Assembly (NCBI GenBank): GCA_003599625.1
Contig: QZIU01000008.1
Location: 1,690-65,689 of the forward strand
Length of the DNA stretch: 64,000 nucleotides
DNA from: Candidatus Parcubacteria bacterium
GTDB lineage: Bacteria > Patescibacteriota > Minisyncoccia > UBA9983
Direction: 5' to 3'
The notes beneath the pieces are model-generated. The model made no database searches, was not told the origin of the DNA, and saw only the letters and a list, made by a program, of their open reading frames with translations. Below, one piece after another: positions 55,871-64,000 of this stretch; the first letter of the stretch is position 1, and the number at the start of each line of letters is the position of its first letter. A program made the translations under genes and the position numbers.

Positions 55871-56575
55871 ATGAAAGTTGTTATTTTAGCTGCTGGAGAA
55901 GGAAGAAGGATGCGTCCTATAACGCTTGAAAGACCAAAACCGCTCATTAAAATAAACAACAAGCCTATTCTCTCTCATATCCTTGAATCTCTTCCAAAGG
56001 AAGTAGAAGAAGTTGTGCTGGTTGTAAGGTATCTGGCTGAAAAAATTAAAAATTTTTTTGGCAGAGAATTCATGGATCGTAAAATAAGTTATGCTGCCGG
56101 TTCTCCTCTGGGGACCGCTCATAGTTTCCTGGCGGCAAGTAAATCCATCGGAAGAGAAGAAAGATTCTTGGCACTCTATGGTGACGAGTTGGTTTTAAAA
56201 GAGGATATAGAAAATTGCCTCAAAGAAAGATTTTCTGTAATAGTTTTTAAATCGGAAAAACCATGGGCGGGTGGAGTCGCGAAGATTGATCAAAGCGGCT
56301 ATCTGATAAATATTGAGGAGAAACCGGAGAATCCATCCTCTGATATGGTGGCAGGCGGAATAATGGTTATTGACGGAGGAATTTTTGAGTGTGAGGCTGC
56401 AAGGGGAGCAAAAGGGGAGTATTATCTATCAGCTTTGCTGGCTCAGTTTGCCAAAAAAAAGAAAGTAAAAGCTGTTATTTCAGAAGAATTTTTAGGGGAC
56501 ATAACAACCCCTGAAGATATTAAAAGAATAGAATTGAAGATGAAATTGAGAGAACTAAGAAAGGAGGAAGCATGA
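55871..56575 (+). CDS. Sugar-phosphate nucleotidyltransferase (HddC/GmhD-like heptose-1-phosphate guanylyl/nucleotidyltransferase)
   Basis: ILAAGEGRRMRPITLERPKPL NTP-transferase motif. Operon context with hddA/gmhA/gmhB. Confidence 0.7.
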   Translation: MKVVILAAGEGRRMRPITLERPKPLIKINNKPILSHILESLPKEVEEVVLVVRYLAEKIKNFFGREFMDRKISYAAGSPLGTAHSFLAASKSIGREERFLALYGDELVLKEDIENCLKERFSVIVFKSEKPWAGGVAKIDQSGYLINIEEKPENPSSDMVAGGIMVIDGGIFECEAARGAKGEYYLSALLAQFAKKKKVKAVISEEFLGDITTPEDIKRIELKMKLRELRKEEA

Positions 56576-57543
56576 TTATTACAAAAACGCCATTCCGTAT
56601 CTCTTTGGGAGGCGGGGGAACGGATCTACCTTCCTATTGCAGGAATTTCGGCGGGTTTATATTTGGCGTAGCCATCAATCTTTACTTTAAAGTTTTTGTC
56701 ACAAAACCTGTGATAGATGAGGATGTGCATGTTAGATATTCCCAATATGAGGCGGTGGCACATCATTGTGATCTTAAGCACAATATCAGCAGAGAGTCGC
56801 TAAAAATGCTAGGCGTTTCAGCCAATATAGACATTACTTTCCAAAGCGATACGCCGGCAGGGACCGGACTTGGCTCTTCTGGAAGTTGCGCCGTCGGTCT
56901 TTTAAATGCTCTTCATTGCTTTAAAGAAAGACCCGTCTCTCAGGAAAAATTGGCCCAAGAAGCTTTCAAGGTTACGCAGAATCTTGGTTGGCCTGACGGA
57001 GCTCAAGATCCTTATCTAGCTGCGTTAGGAGGCTTTGTTGTACTGGAGATCGATAAAAGTAATAATGTTACTTTCTATCACCCTGAGATTGCGGAAGAAA
57101 CGGTTAAAAGATTTCTGAATCAAACACTGCTTTTCTATACGGGGGTCAGGAGAAATAGCGCTGATGTCTTAGGGCAGCAGGACCGAAAAAAAGCCATCGA
57201 GGCAAAGCATATAACCAAAGAGATTGGTCTTGATATCTTAAAAAATTTCGAATTGGGAGATTTAGATCGATTTGGGGTTAATATGCGCAAACATTGGGCG
57301 CTTAAAAAGCAGATGTCAAGCAACATAAGCTCGGATTATTTTGACAGTATTTACGACCTGGCCATAAAAAATGGCGCTATGGGCGGAAAATTAATAGGAG
57401 CGGGCGGGGGAGGATATTTCCTTTTTTACTGCTCTGGAGAAAAGATTGGCGGAGTAAAAAAAATATTGTCTGAAAACGGGTTAAGACAGGTAGCTTTTGG
57501 GATTGATTATCAAGGCACGAGATTTTTGGACGTTGATTTTTGA
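56572..57543 (+). CDS. GHMP kinase, D-glycero-D-manno-heptose 7-phosphate kinase (HddA)-like
   Basis: GHMP motif PAGTGLGSSGSCAVG and the characteristic N-terminal ISLGGGGTDLP. Confidence 0.75.
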   Translation: MIITKTPFRISLGGGGTDLPSYCRNFGGFIFGVAINLYFKVFVTKPVIDEDVHVRYSQYEAVAHHCDLKHNISRESLKMLGVSANIDITFQSDTPAGTGLGSSGSCAVGLLNALHCFKERPVSQEKLAQEAFKVTQNLGWPDGAQDPYLAALGGFVVLEIDKSNNVTFYHPEIAEETVKRFLNQTLLFYTGVRRNSADVLGQQDRKKAIEAKHITKEIGLDILKNFELGDLDRFGVNMRKHWALKKQMSSNISSDYFDSIYDLAIKNGAMGGKLIGAGGGGYFLFYCSGEKIGGVKKILSENGLRQVAFGIDYQGTRFLDVDF

Positions 57544-57567
57544 AAATTACAGAAAGGAAGACGCAAT

Positions 57568-58176
57568 ATGACGAATAAATACATTCTAAAATACTGTTCT
57601 GAATCTGTCGCTTGTATTATGGACTTAAAAAAATGCGCCGCAAAAATTGACCAGATAGTTGAAAATCTTTCTGATGCGTGGAAAAAAAGAAGAAATGTTT
57701 TTGTCATAGGGAATGGAGGATCGGCTTCTACGGCAACTCATTTTGCGGCAGATTTGATGAAGACAACAACAGATTCACCTTCAGGTGCTGGCATAAAAGC
57801 TATTTCTTTGGACAATGTTCCTTTAAATAGCGCGATCATAAACGACTGGGGGAAAGAACAACTCTTTTTTTGTCAACTGAATGCGTTATTTAATCCGGAG
57901 GATTTACTTGTTGTTTTTAGCGTGCATGGCGGCGCGGGCAGTGACAAAGCTGGCTTGTGGTCTCAAAATCTTGTTCAAGCTATTAATTTTGCAAAAGATA
58001 AAAGAGGCTTGACGATCGGATTTTCCGGGTTTGACGGCGGAATAATGGCAAAGATTTGCGACATATCCTTGGTGGTTCCTGTTAATTCCACGCCATTGGT
58101 AGAATCTTTTCATCTTTGGTTGTCACACCTGATCACATTTCGTTTAAAGGAGCTTATGAATGAGAGACAAATGTAG
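57568..58176 (+). CDS. gmhA: Phosphoheptose isomerase (SIS domain)
   Basis: VFVIGNGGSASTATHFAADL SIS signature. Confidence 0.85.
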   Translation: MTNKYILKYCSESVACIMDLKKCAAKIDQIVENLSDAWKKRRNVFVIGNGGSASTATHFAADLMKTTTDSPSGAGIKAISLDNVPLNSAIINDWGKEQLFFCQLNALFNPEDLLVVFSVHGGAGSDKAGLWSQNLVQAINFAKDKRGLTIGFSGFDGGIMAKICDISLVVPVNSTPLVESFHLWLSHLITFRLKELMNERQM

Positions 58177-58750
58177 AAAGAGAGCTGTTTTTATTGATAG
58201 AGACGGTGTAATCAACAAACTTGTGCATAGGCCTGGAATTGATGTGTGCGGAAGACGAATTTGTTATTCGGCCCCATGGAGTTACAGAGAGCTTGAAATA
58301 TATCAGGAAACAAAGAGTTCCTTAGATGCCTTAGGAAGGTTAAATTTACTCAAATTTCTGGTAACTAATCAGCCTGACATAGGATACGGTTTACTGCCAC
58401 GGGAAGAGCATAATAAAATTATGGCGGACATCTTCGCTCTTGGTTTTGATGATATTTTTATTTGCTTCCACGGAAGGCATGAAAATTGCAATTGCAAAAA
58501 ACCAAAACCTGGAATGCTGATAGAAGCGGCTCGGAAATGGAATATAGACCTGGGGAATTCTTATATGGTTGGCGATTCTGTTTCTGACATGGAGGCCGGT
58601 AAGTCTGTCGGATGTAAGACTTTGCTCGTAAGCGATTCTTTGAAGACAATTTGCAATAAATATGATTTTGTTGCGAAAAATATTTTGGAGGTGGCAAGGA
58701 TTATAGAGAAGAACGAAAGGAGAAAGAGAAACGATGGAAATTTTTATTGA
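58160..58750 (+). CDS. gmhB: D,D-heptose 1,7-bisphosphate phosphatase (HAD-IIIA)
   Basis: DRDGVIN motif I plus the Zn-binding Cys cluster C...CxC. Confidence 0.8.
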   Translation: MRDKCRKRAVFIDRDGVINKLVHRPGIDVCGRRICYSAPWSYRELEIYQETKSSLDALGRLNLLKFLVTNQPDIGYGLLPREEHNKIMADIFALGFDDIFICFHGRHENCNCKKPKPGMLIEAARKWNIDLGNSYMVGDSVSDMEAGKSVGCKTLLVSDSLKTICNKYDFVAKNILEVARIIEKNERRKRNDGNFY

Positions 58751-59468
58751 TTCGGCCAATCTTGAAGAGATAGAAGAGGCTCTTAAGCGAGGGTTTATAA
58801 GAGGCATTACAACGAATCCTTCAATTGTCGCGAAAGAAGAAAAAACGGACTTTAATTCATTGTTAATTAAGATAGGAGAGCTGATTAAAAAATACAGGCC
58901 AAATACTCACTTGAGCATTGAAGTTTTTTCAAAAGTACCTGAAGAAATTGAGAGACAGGCTAAGGAGTTTCAAAAAATTCTTAATCTGCCGGAACTAAGC
59001 ATCAAAGTGCACATTGGTTGGGACGAACTTGAGATCATTAGAAAATTGGCAAAGGATGGTTTTAGTGTTAATTGCACGTGTTGCATGACAGTAACTCAGG
59101 CCATTATGGCCGCTGCCGCCGGATCAAAGTATGTTTCTCTTTTTTGGGGAAGGATACGGGATGGAGGTCAAGATGAAAACTTCAAAGAAGAGAGGGATAA
59201 AGTTATAAAAGAAAAAACTTTAAGAGAAGAAGATTTTGATCCTGCTCTCGTTGTGAAGAAAGTCAAAAAATTTCTAACGCAAAATTATTCAGAAACTAAA
59301 TTAATAATCGGAAGCATTCGCTCTGCCTCTGATATTATGGATGCGGGCTTTTGCGGAGCGGATATTGTCACGATTCCTCCGAAATTATTTCCGGGAATGA
59401 TTAATCACTTTAAAACAGATGAAGTGATTAATCAGTTTTTGACTGATTTTCAAGCCTGGTTAAAGTGA
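58734..59468 (+). CDS. Transaldolase / fructose-6-phosphate aldolase family
   Basis: MEIFIDSANLEEI...GITTNPS signature plus Schiff-base Lys region. Confidence 0.8.
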   Translation: MEIFIDSANLEEIEEALKRGFIRGITTNPSIVAKEEKTDFNSLLIKIGELIKKYRPNTHLSIEVFSKVPEEIERQAKEFQKILNLPELSIKVHIGWDELEIIRKLAKDGFSVNCTCCMTVTQAIMAAAAGSKYVSLFWGRIRDGGQDENFKEERDKVIKEKTLREEDFDPALVVKKVKKFLTQNYSETKLIIGSIRSASDIMDAGFCGADIVTIPPKLFPGMINHFKTDEVINQFLTDFQAWLK

Positions 59469-59521
59469 ACAAAAAGGCAGGATTTGTTGCAAATTCCTGC
59501 CTTTTGCTTTATCTTTAAACA

Positions 59522-60454
59522 ATGATATCCATTATTTTCCCCGCGTACAATGAAGAAGATAATGTCAATTTGCTTCATGCCAGAATAAAAGAAGCCATGG
59601 TCTCTGTTGGTATGGAATATGAAATCATAGCGGTTGACAACGGATCTACCGACGGCACGCTTCGGAAACTAAAAGAACTATCTCCTATAAAGATAATTGA
59701 AATAGCAAAAAATATAAATCAAACAACCGGAATAGATGCCGGAATTAAAAATGCCGAAGGTGATATAATTATATTGATAGATGGGGACAGGCAAAATGAT
59801 CCAGCTGATATTCCGAAACTTTTGAATAAGCTCAATGAAGGTTTTGACATAGTTTCGGGGTGGCGTCTTAAAAGAGAAGATATTTGGTTAAGAAGATTTG
59901 TTTCATTGTTGGCAAACTGGATTACATATAAAATGACCGGGCTTCGTTTGCATGATTATGGTTGCGCTTTAAAAGCTTACAGGAAAGATATTCTAAATAA
60001 TATATCATTGTATGGAGAAACTCACGCTTTTCTTCCGGCCATTCTCTTTATGAAAGGTGCGATGGTTGCAGAAATACCAGTAAATCATTTTCCAAGAATA
60101 AATGGGAAATCAAAAGTAAAATTTTCCGGATTATTTAAAAATATTGGGGATTTGCTGTCTGTTGTTTTTTTACAGAAACACATGAGGAGGCCGTTGGTTT
60201 TTTTCGGCACTTGGGGAATAACGAGCATCTTTTTAGGAATTATTGCCGCGATTGCCGCGATTGCCTTAAAAATTCTTCAAGTGAGAAATTTGGCCCAAAC
60301 TCCCTTGCCCGTAATAGCTTCACTTTTTTTTATTATGGGTTTCATATTTTTTATGTGGGGTTTTTTAGGGGAAATGATGGCAAAAATCTATTTTGAAGGG
60401 AAGGACAGGACCCCTTACCTTATAAGAAGAATAACAAAAATCAGCTCTTCTTAA
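59522..60454 (+). CDS. Glycosyltransferase family 2 with C-terminal TM helices (polyprenyl-phosphate glycosyltransferase-like)
   Basis: ISIIFPAYNEE...VDNGSTDGT, DGD motif, two C-terminal TM helices. Confidence 0.8.
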   Translation: MISIIFPAYNEEDNVNLLHARIKEAMVSVGMEYEIIAVDNGSTDGTLRKLKELSPIKIIEIAKNINQTTGIDAGIKNAEGDIIILIDGDRQNDPADIPKLLNKLNEGFDIVSGWRLKREDIWLRRFVSLLANWITYKMTGLRLHDYGCALKAYRKDILNNISLYGETHAFLPAILFMKGAMVAEIPVNHFPRINGKSKVKFSGLFKNIGDLLSVVFLQKHMRRPLVFFGTWGITSIFLGIIAAIAAIALKILQVRNLAQTPLPVIASLFFIMGFIFFMWGFLGEMMAKIYFEGKDRTPYLIRRITKISSS

Positions 60455-60467
60455 GAAGAGCTGATGG
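60439..60467. terminator. Bidirectional hairpin between convergent genes
   Basis: Perfect 13-bp inverted repeat atcagctcttctt/aagaagagctgat overlapping the stop codon. Confidence 0.55.
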
Positions 60468-60477
60468 GCTTAATAAC

Positions 60478-61479
60478 TTAGATTATTTTTCTTGAGAGAA
60501 TTGATTGTTTTGTTCTTAAGGCCATTTCAAGCACAGTTTTACCTTGTTCCAAATCCACCAGCTCCTCTGCCTTCCCTGAAAGTGCTTTAAGAAAATGCGA
60601 CATTATTTCAATGTACATCATATTTCTTTCATAGCCAGCTGGCTCATTAATAATTTCTTCATTGCCTTCCATTGGTATAATCTTAGCTTCCTTTTTGAAA
60701 TAATCCCAACGGATTCTCCCTTTTGCCCCTGTGATTTCTATGAATCTGCTCGGCGGTTTTTTGAAATAATCCACATGAAGGGAAGCGATGACGCCGTTTG
60801 GAAATTGCATAATGCTTTTTGCCATATCCTCAACTTCAATATCAAGATTGCTTAGTTTCCCTCCAGTCGCAAAAATCCATTCCGATTTGCCGAATAGAGA
60901 ATAAAGCATATCAAGTTCATGGCTTTGAGTCAGAACCACACCTCCGCCAAGATCTTCACGGCTAGCATATGACGCGCGGTAGTCTTCCCAGGGATGCCAA
61001 TCAGTTAATCTTTCCGCCATTTCCATGTGGACGCATAAGACTTTGCCAATCCTCTCCTCGTTTAACCATTTTTGGATTTGCTTAAACAGGGGATGAAAAC
61101 GTAGTTGATAAGCAACAAAAACTTTCAATCTCTTCCTTTCCGTAATTTTCTTTAGGTCGTCCACTTTTTCCAATGAATGCGATATTGGTTTTTCCAAAAA
61201 AATATGACATCCTGCTTGTGCCGCGGTTATGGCCATAGGAATGTGAAGAGAAGTGGGGTTTGTTATTATTGCCGCTGTCGGTTTTTCTTTTAATGCGTCA
61301 TCAATAGAGTAGAATACTGGATGTTTGCCGCCGTGTTCGGATAAAACTTTGTCTCCGAAGTTTTTTGTTCCCTTGCCGGTTCGGTAAATAAGAATGTCTT
61401 CACATTTTACACCCAGCTTTTCCAAGTTTTCCAAGTGCCTTTTTCCGATACTTCCCAGTCCGCAGATTAAAAATTTCAT
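60478..61479 (-). CDS. Gfo/Idh/MocA-family NAD(P)-dependent oxidoreductase
   Basis: N-terminal Rossmann MKFLICGLGSIGKRH and the family's EKP motif. Confidence 0.85.
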   Translation of the reverse strand: MKFLICGLGSIGKRHLENLEKLGVKCEDILIYRTGKGTKNFGDKVLSEHGGKHPVFYSIDDALKEKPTAAIITNPTSLHIPMAITAAQAGCHIFLEKPISHSLEKVDDLKKITERKRLKVFVAYQLRFHPLFKQIQKWLNEERIGKVLCVHMEMAERLTDWHPWEDYRASYASREDLGGGVVLTQSHELDMLYSLFGKSEWIFATGGKLSNLDIEVEDMAKSIMQFPNGVIASLHVDYFKKPPSRFIEITGAKGRIRWDYFKKEAKIIPMEGNEEIINEPAGYERNMMYIEIMSHFLKALSGKAEELVDLEQGKTVLEMALRTKQSILSRKII

Positions 61480-61506
61480 TTTTTTCTCCTTGAATTAATT
61501 TGTTTT

Positions 61507-62331
61507 TTACCAAACAGTTTGTCCGCCGTCTGCCGTTACAATACTGCCAGTGATAAAAGAGGAAGCATCTGAACAGAGGAAAAGAATCAATCCGTTGTAT
61601 TCATCCGGCTTTGCAGGCCGCCCTAACATGTTTCTTTGACCTAATTTGGCCAAAAATTCCGGTTCCATTGATCCGAAATTAACGGCTCCCAGGCATACGG
61701 AATTTACTCGCACATTTGGAGCAGTGGAAGCAAAATAAGCCGCCCAACTTCTCGTTAAACCCAACAATGCTGTTTTTACCACCGGGTAAGCAGCCGATTT
61801 AAATTTGCCTTTCTCATACTTCCGATGGTCTGGAGCTGTGATTGCCGAAGTGGAAGCAATGTTAAGTATAATCCCGCTGTTTTGTCTTATCATGTGGCGA
61901 GCTGAGGCTTGGGTGCAATACATTGCGCCGTTTAGACCGATATCAAATTCTTTAAGCCATAAACTTTGCGGGTAGTCTTCATGAGGAAGCCAACATTCGC
62001 TTCCTGTTGAATCAGCATCTTTGCCCACCTTTGGATTAAAAGCGGCATTATTAATAAGAATATCCACTGAACCGTATTTTTGTTCAACAATATCAGTGGC
62101 TCGGAAAACATCATCTTTTTTGGTAATGTCAACTTTTTCTTGTTGAATATTCTTACCCAAAGCGTTGTTTATGACCACATCAAAAGAAACGACATTAGCC
62201 CCTGCTTTTTTAAGGGCTGTGACATATTGAACACCTAGTCTTCCTGCCCCACCTGTTATGATGGCAGTCATACCTTGGAGAGAAAACAAATTTGCAATGA
62301 AATCCCTGTCCAATTTTTTATTTAATGCCAT
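61507..62331 (-). CDS. Short-chain dehydrogenase/reductase (SDR)
   Basis: TGGAGRLG cofactor motif, NNAAF, catalytic YxxxK. Confidence 0.85.
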   Translation of the reverse strand: MALNKKLDRDFIANLFSLQGMTAIITGGAGRLGVQYVTALKKAGANVVSFDVVINNALGKNIQQEKVDITKKDDVFRATDIVEQKYGSVDILINNAAFNPKVGKDADSTGSECWLPHEDYPQSLWLKEFDIGLNGAMYCTQASARHMIRQNSGIILNIASTSAITAPDHRKYEKGKFKSAAYPVVKTALLGLTRSWAAYFASTAPNVRVNSVCLGAVNFGSMEPEFLAKLGQRNMLGRPAKPDEYNGLILFLCSDASSFITGSIVTADGGQTVW

Positions 62332-62346
62332 TCTTAGTCTCCTTTC

Positions 62347-63150
62347 CTAAATTTGCGTCAGTATTGAATTAATGTAATTAAAGTATCTTGAATTTAAATC
62401 AAAGTCGTTTACTTTATTCTGTCTTGCCCCATGAATTATCATCGGGCCGCTAAATCTAATTTCCTTAAGAGCTTGTAAAGTTTTCTGGAAATCTACGCAC
62501 CCAGTGCCAATAGGCACTGTCTCTCCTTTGTTGGCCAATCTGTCTTTGATATGAATGCCAAAAATCATTTTGTTGATCTTAAGAATTTCCGCCGCCGTGT
62601 CCGCCCCTATGCTTGCCATATTGCCGATGTCGTAATAAGAACCCACGAAAGAGGAATCAAAGGAATTGATTATTTCCAATAGGTCATCTGCCATTAGTTC
62701 TGTTTCTATTCCTAATCTAACACCCGTTTTTTCACAGGTGTCCAAGCAAGAGCTTATCAAACGCGCCGCATCCTTTTTTACCGATAAATCGGTGAGAAGA
62801 TTGTTATGGAAAAAAGGGATAAGCACTGTTTTTGCGCCAATCATTGCTGCTTGCTTAATAAGGTGATTAAGAGTCTCAGGATAATCAGTTGATCTTAAAA
62901 AAAATCCGTGTACTGAATCAATCTCGATACCTGAGGCATCTGCTATGTCCTTAATTTTCGTTACTCCTTTTTGTTCCATGAATGGATTGTTTTTGATTGT
63001 ATGATCGTTCTTAATCAGTAACTCAACATGGCTAAAGCCGATCCCTTTGGCAAGTCTAAATTCATTTTGCCAATTATCTGTCGGAAAAAACTGTATTCCT
63101 CTGCCGTTTGACGGGGTCAATCTTCCTTGCAAAATTCCTATTTTTAACAT
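62347..63150 (-). CDS. Sugar phosphate isomerase/epimerase (xylose isomerase-like TIM barrel)
   Basis: Length and the pattern of conserved acidic/His residues. Operon with the SDR and the oxidoreductase. Confidence 0.6.
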   Translation of the reverse strand: MLKIGILQGRLTPSNGRGIQFFPTDNWQNEFRLAKGIGFSHVELLIKNDHTIKNNPFMEQKGVTKIKDIADASGIEIDSVHGFFLRSTDYPETLNHLIKQAAMIGAKTVLIPFFHNNLLTDLSVKKDAARLISSCLDTCEKTGVRLGIETELMADDLLEIINSFDSSFVGSYYDIGNMASIGADTAAEILKINKMIFGIHIKDRLANKGETVPIGTGCVDFQKTLQALKEIRFSGPMIIHGARQNKVNDFDLNSRYFNYINSILTQI

Positions 63151-63262
63151 TAAGATTACTCTCCTTTCTCTAAGAATTTATTATTAACTTGTTAAAATAC
63201 ATGATATAATACTGATACTTAATAACATTATTTCCTTAATCAGTCAAATTATAAAGAATCGC

Positions 63263-63982
63263 ATGGATTATAAAGATTTTAAGGTGGGATATACCGAAGA
63301 TAGTTTTTGGCTAAAAAGCAAGAAATTTCTGATCGAAAATCTAGCGCAAAAAGTTAGCCATGGTCAAACAAACTTAAGGATTTTAAATATCGGCGCGGGT
63401 ATGGGGGGCGACCTCGAAATTTTGGCAAAGTTTGGACGTAATTATGTTTTAGATGTGGAGGCGGGAGCTGTGGATTCGATTGATGACAATCTTTGCGAAG
63501 AGAAAAAAGTTGCTGATGCCTGCGATATTCCTTACGGAGATAATCTTTTTGATTTGGTCATTGCTTCGGATGTGTTGGAGCACATTAAGGATGACAAGAA
63601 AGCCGTATCTGAAGTCTATAGGGTTTTAAAACATGGAGGAACCTTTATTTTTATGGTGCCCGCCTTCCAGTTCCTTTTTAGCAGCCATGATAAGGCGCTT
63701 GGTCATTATAGGAGATACAGCAAAGAAACTGTAAAAAATTTAATCGGAAATTTCAGAAATCTGAAAATTTTTTATTGGAATTCATTACTTTTACCGCCCA
63801 CATTTATTTTAAGGCTTATGAAGAAAAAGTCGGAGCCCAAGATTGATTATATTGCAATGCCTAATTTCTTAAATTTTTGTTTATTTAAAATAATTTCGAT
63901 AGACAATTTCTTAATTAAAAAGGGAATATCGCCATTTATCGGAATGAGCCTGGTCGGTTACTGTCAGAAGAAACAGTCGTGA
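63263..63982 (+). CDS. Class I SAM-dependent methyltransferase
   Basis: ILNIGAGMGGDL motif I and LKHGGTFIF. Confidence 0.75.
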   Translation: MDYKDFKVGYTEDSFWLKSKKFLIENLAQKVSHGQTNLRILNIGAGMGGDLEILAKFGRNYVLDVEAGAVDSIDDNLCEEKKVADACDIPYGDNLFDLVIASDVLEHIKDDKKAVSEVYRVLKHGGTFIFMVPAFQFLFSSHDKALGHYRRYSKETVKNLIGNFRNLKIFYWNSLLLPPTFILRLMKKKSEPKIDYIAMPNFLNFCLFKIISIDNFLIKKGISPFIGMSLVGYCQKKQS

Positions 63983-64000
63983 ATGTTTTTCTTAAGATTT

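Overview
Low-GC (AT-rich) bacterial window. The gene content and architecture are consistent with a reduced-genome Patescibacteria/CPR-like organism; this placement is inference from gene content only. The left third (1-20.7 kb) holds housekeeping genes: a 5'-truncated P-type ATPase, rluA-family pseudouridine synthase, rplS, a tRNA-Leu/His/Pro cluster, secE-nusG-rplK (no rplA follows), recA, ftsK, two very large secreted/surface proteins, and a frameshifted IS200/IS605-like Y1 (HUH) transposase. The right two thirds (20.7-64 kb) form one long, mostly co-directional glycan biosynthesis/tailoring island. It contains at least 10 GT-B/GT-A glycosyltransferases, three GT-C (ArnT/PMT-like) membrane glycosyltransferases, three B12-binding radical SAM enzymes and one SPASM-type radical SAM. 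It also has six class I SAM methyltransferases, an AsnB-type amidotransferase, a NodU/CmcH carbamoyltransferase, a CDP-paratose-epimerase-like SDR and a Wzx-like flippase candidate. A complete gmhA-hddA-gmhB-hddC heptose-nucleotide pathway with a co-located transaldolase/FSA is present, and an AbiEi/AbiEii toxin-antitoxin pair is embedded in the island. Three kinds of small repeats are scattered on top of this. (i) A ~45-nt REP-like element carries a DnaA-box-like TTATCCACA plus a CCAACCCGCCGGGTTGG palindrome; it has five copies, most overlapping gene 3' ends, and two of them bracket the Y1 transposase. (ii) GC-rich MITE/RPE-like palindromic elements are inserted in frame into two unrelated genes and give the same peptide. 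(iii) Exact 28-nt heptamer tracts, (aattttc)x4 and (gctacaa)x4, recur intergenically and in frame inside two glycosyltransferase genes. The most novel-looking content is the repeated B12-radical-SAM / GT-C / methyltransferase tailoring cassettes together with the in-frame selfish repeats. Functional calls rest on motif recognition in the translated ORFs only; no database searches were possible.
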